NCBI RefSeq assembly: GCF_001194135.2
Contig: NC_068989.1
Coordinates: forward strand, 14,323,965-14,387,964
Direction: 5' to 3'
DNA: 64,000 bases
From: Octopus bimaculoides
Taxonomy: Eukaryota
In this document: one piece after another, positions 63,651-64,000 of the stretch
Position numbering within the stretch: the stretch's first letter is position 1
Layout: every line of letters begins with the position of its first letter
Program-made: the position numbers and the translations under genes
The notes under the pieces: generated by a model
What the model was told of the DNA's origin: nothing
Seen by the model: the letters and a program-made list of their open reading frames with translations, nothing else
Databases searched by the model: none

Positions 63651-63870
63651 TAACTCTTCGAAACGCTTAGTTTTAGTATGGTGGCAGCTGATGAAGGAAC
63701 TGTTCTCTATATGGCCTGTGTGTTTTCTGTGCTCTATTTATGTTCTGTTTTTCATTTTGTCCATGTTTTTTTGTGACGTCCTGCACCCAGATATGCATCT
63801 ATATATACATGTAGATGTAAGTATGTACATACATGTACGTATATATGCATATACTCACATATTATTTGTA
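63651..63870 (+). mobile_element. Repeat family F copy
   Basis: TCTTCGAAACG (63656-65)...GGCAGCTGATGAAGG (core 63688-94)...CGTCCTGCACCCAGATATGCATCTATATATACATGTAGATGTAAGTATGTAC. Confidence 0.65.
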
Positions 63871-64000
63871 TTATACATAGATATACATACATACATACAT
63901 ATACATATATGTATACACACACACACACACACACAGACACACACACACACACACACACACATACACCGTATATGCATTGATAAGTAATGCACTGTTTTCC

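Overview
AT-rich animal genomic DNA with dense microsatellites and 21 N-gaps (about 9.2 kb by my count). The repeat landscape looks like an octopus (coleoid cephalopod) short-read draft assembly; this is inferred from recalled repeat families, not from a search. I could not support any host protein-coding exon. Nearly all long ORFs in the track are microsatellite or N-gap artefacts. The window is mostly tRNA-derived SINE-like retroposons, to which I give working names A, B, C, D and G. There are also three decayed autonomous-element remnants: a Penelope-like GIY-YIG C-terminus (28.5-28.9 kb), an RTE-clade LINE 3' end (44.6-45.1 kb) and a Helitron Rep-helicase N-terminal region (58.2-59.2 kb). 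The most interesting signal is family G: a Pol III (A-box/B-box) tRNA-like head fused through an (AAT)n spacer to a minimal type-I hammerhead ribozyme of the kind found in Penelope-like element termini (57480-57525). Two further partial copies show an inverted head/tail junction. This suggests a SINE mobilised by a Penelope-like retroelement. Other leads are a second repeat family carrying CUGAYGA cores inside a fold-back, a possible HDV-like fold, pre-miRNA-sized hairpins, a roughly 700-bp fold-back built from a repeated 50-bp unit, SINE tail swapping and tandem arrays, and a templated insertion into a SINE.
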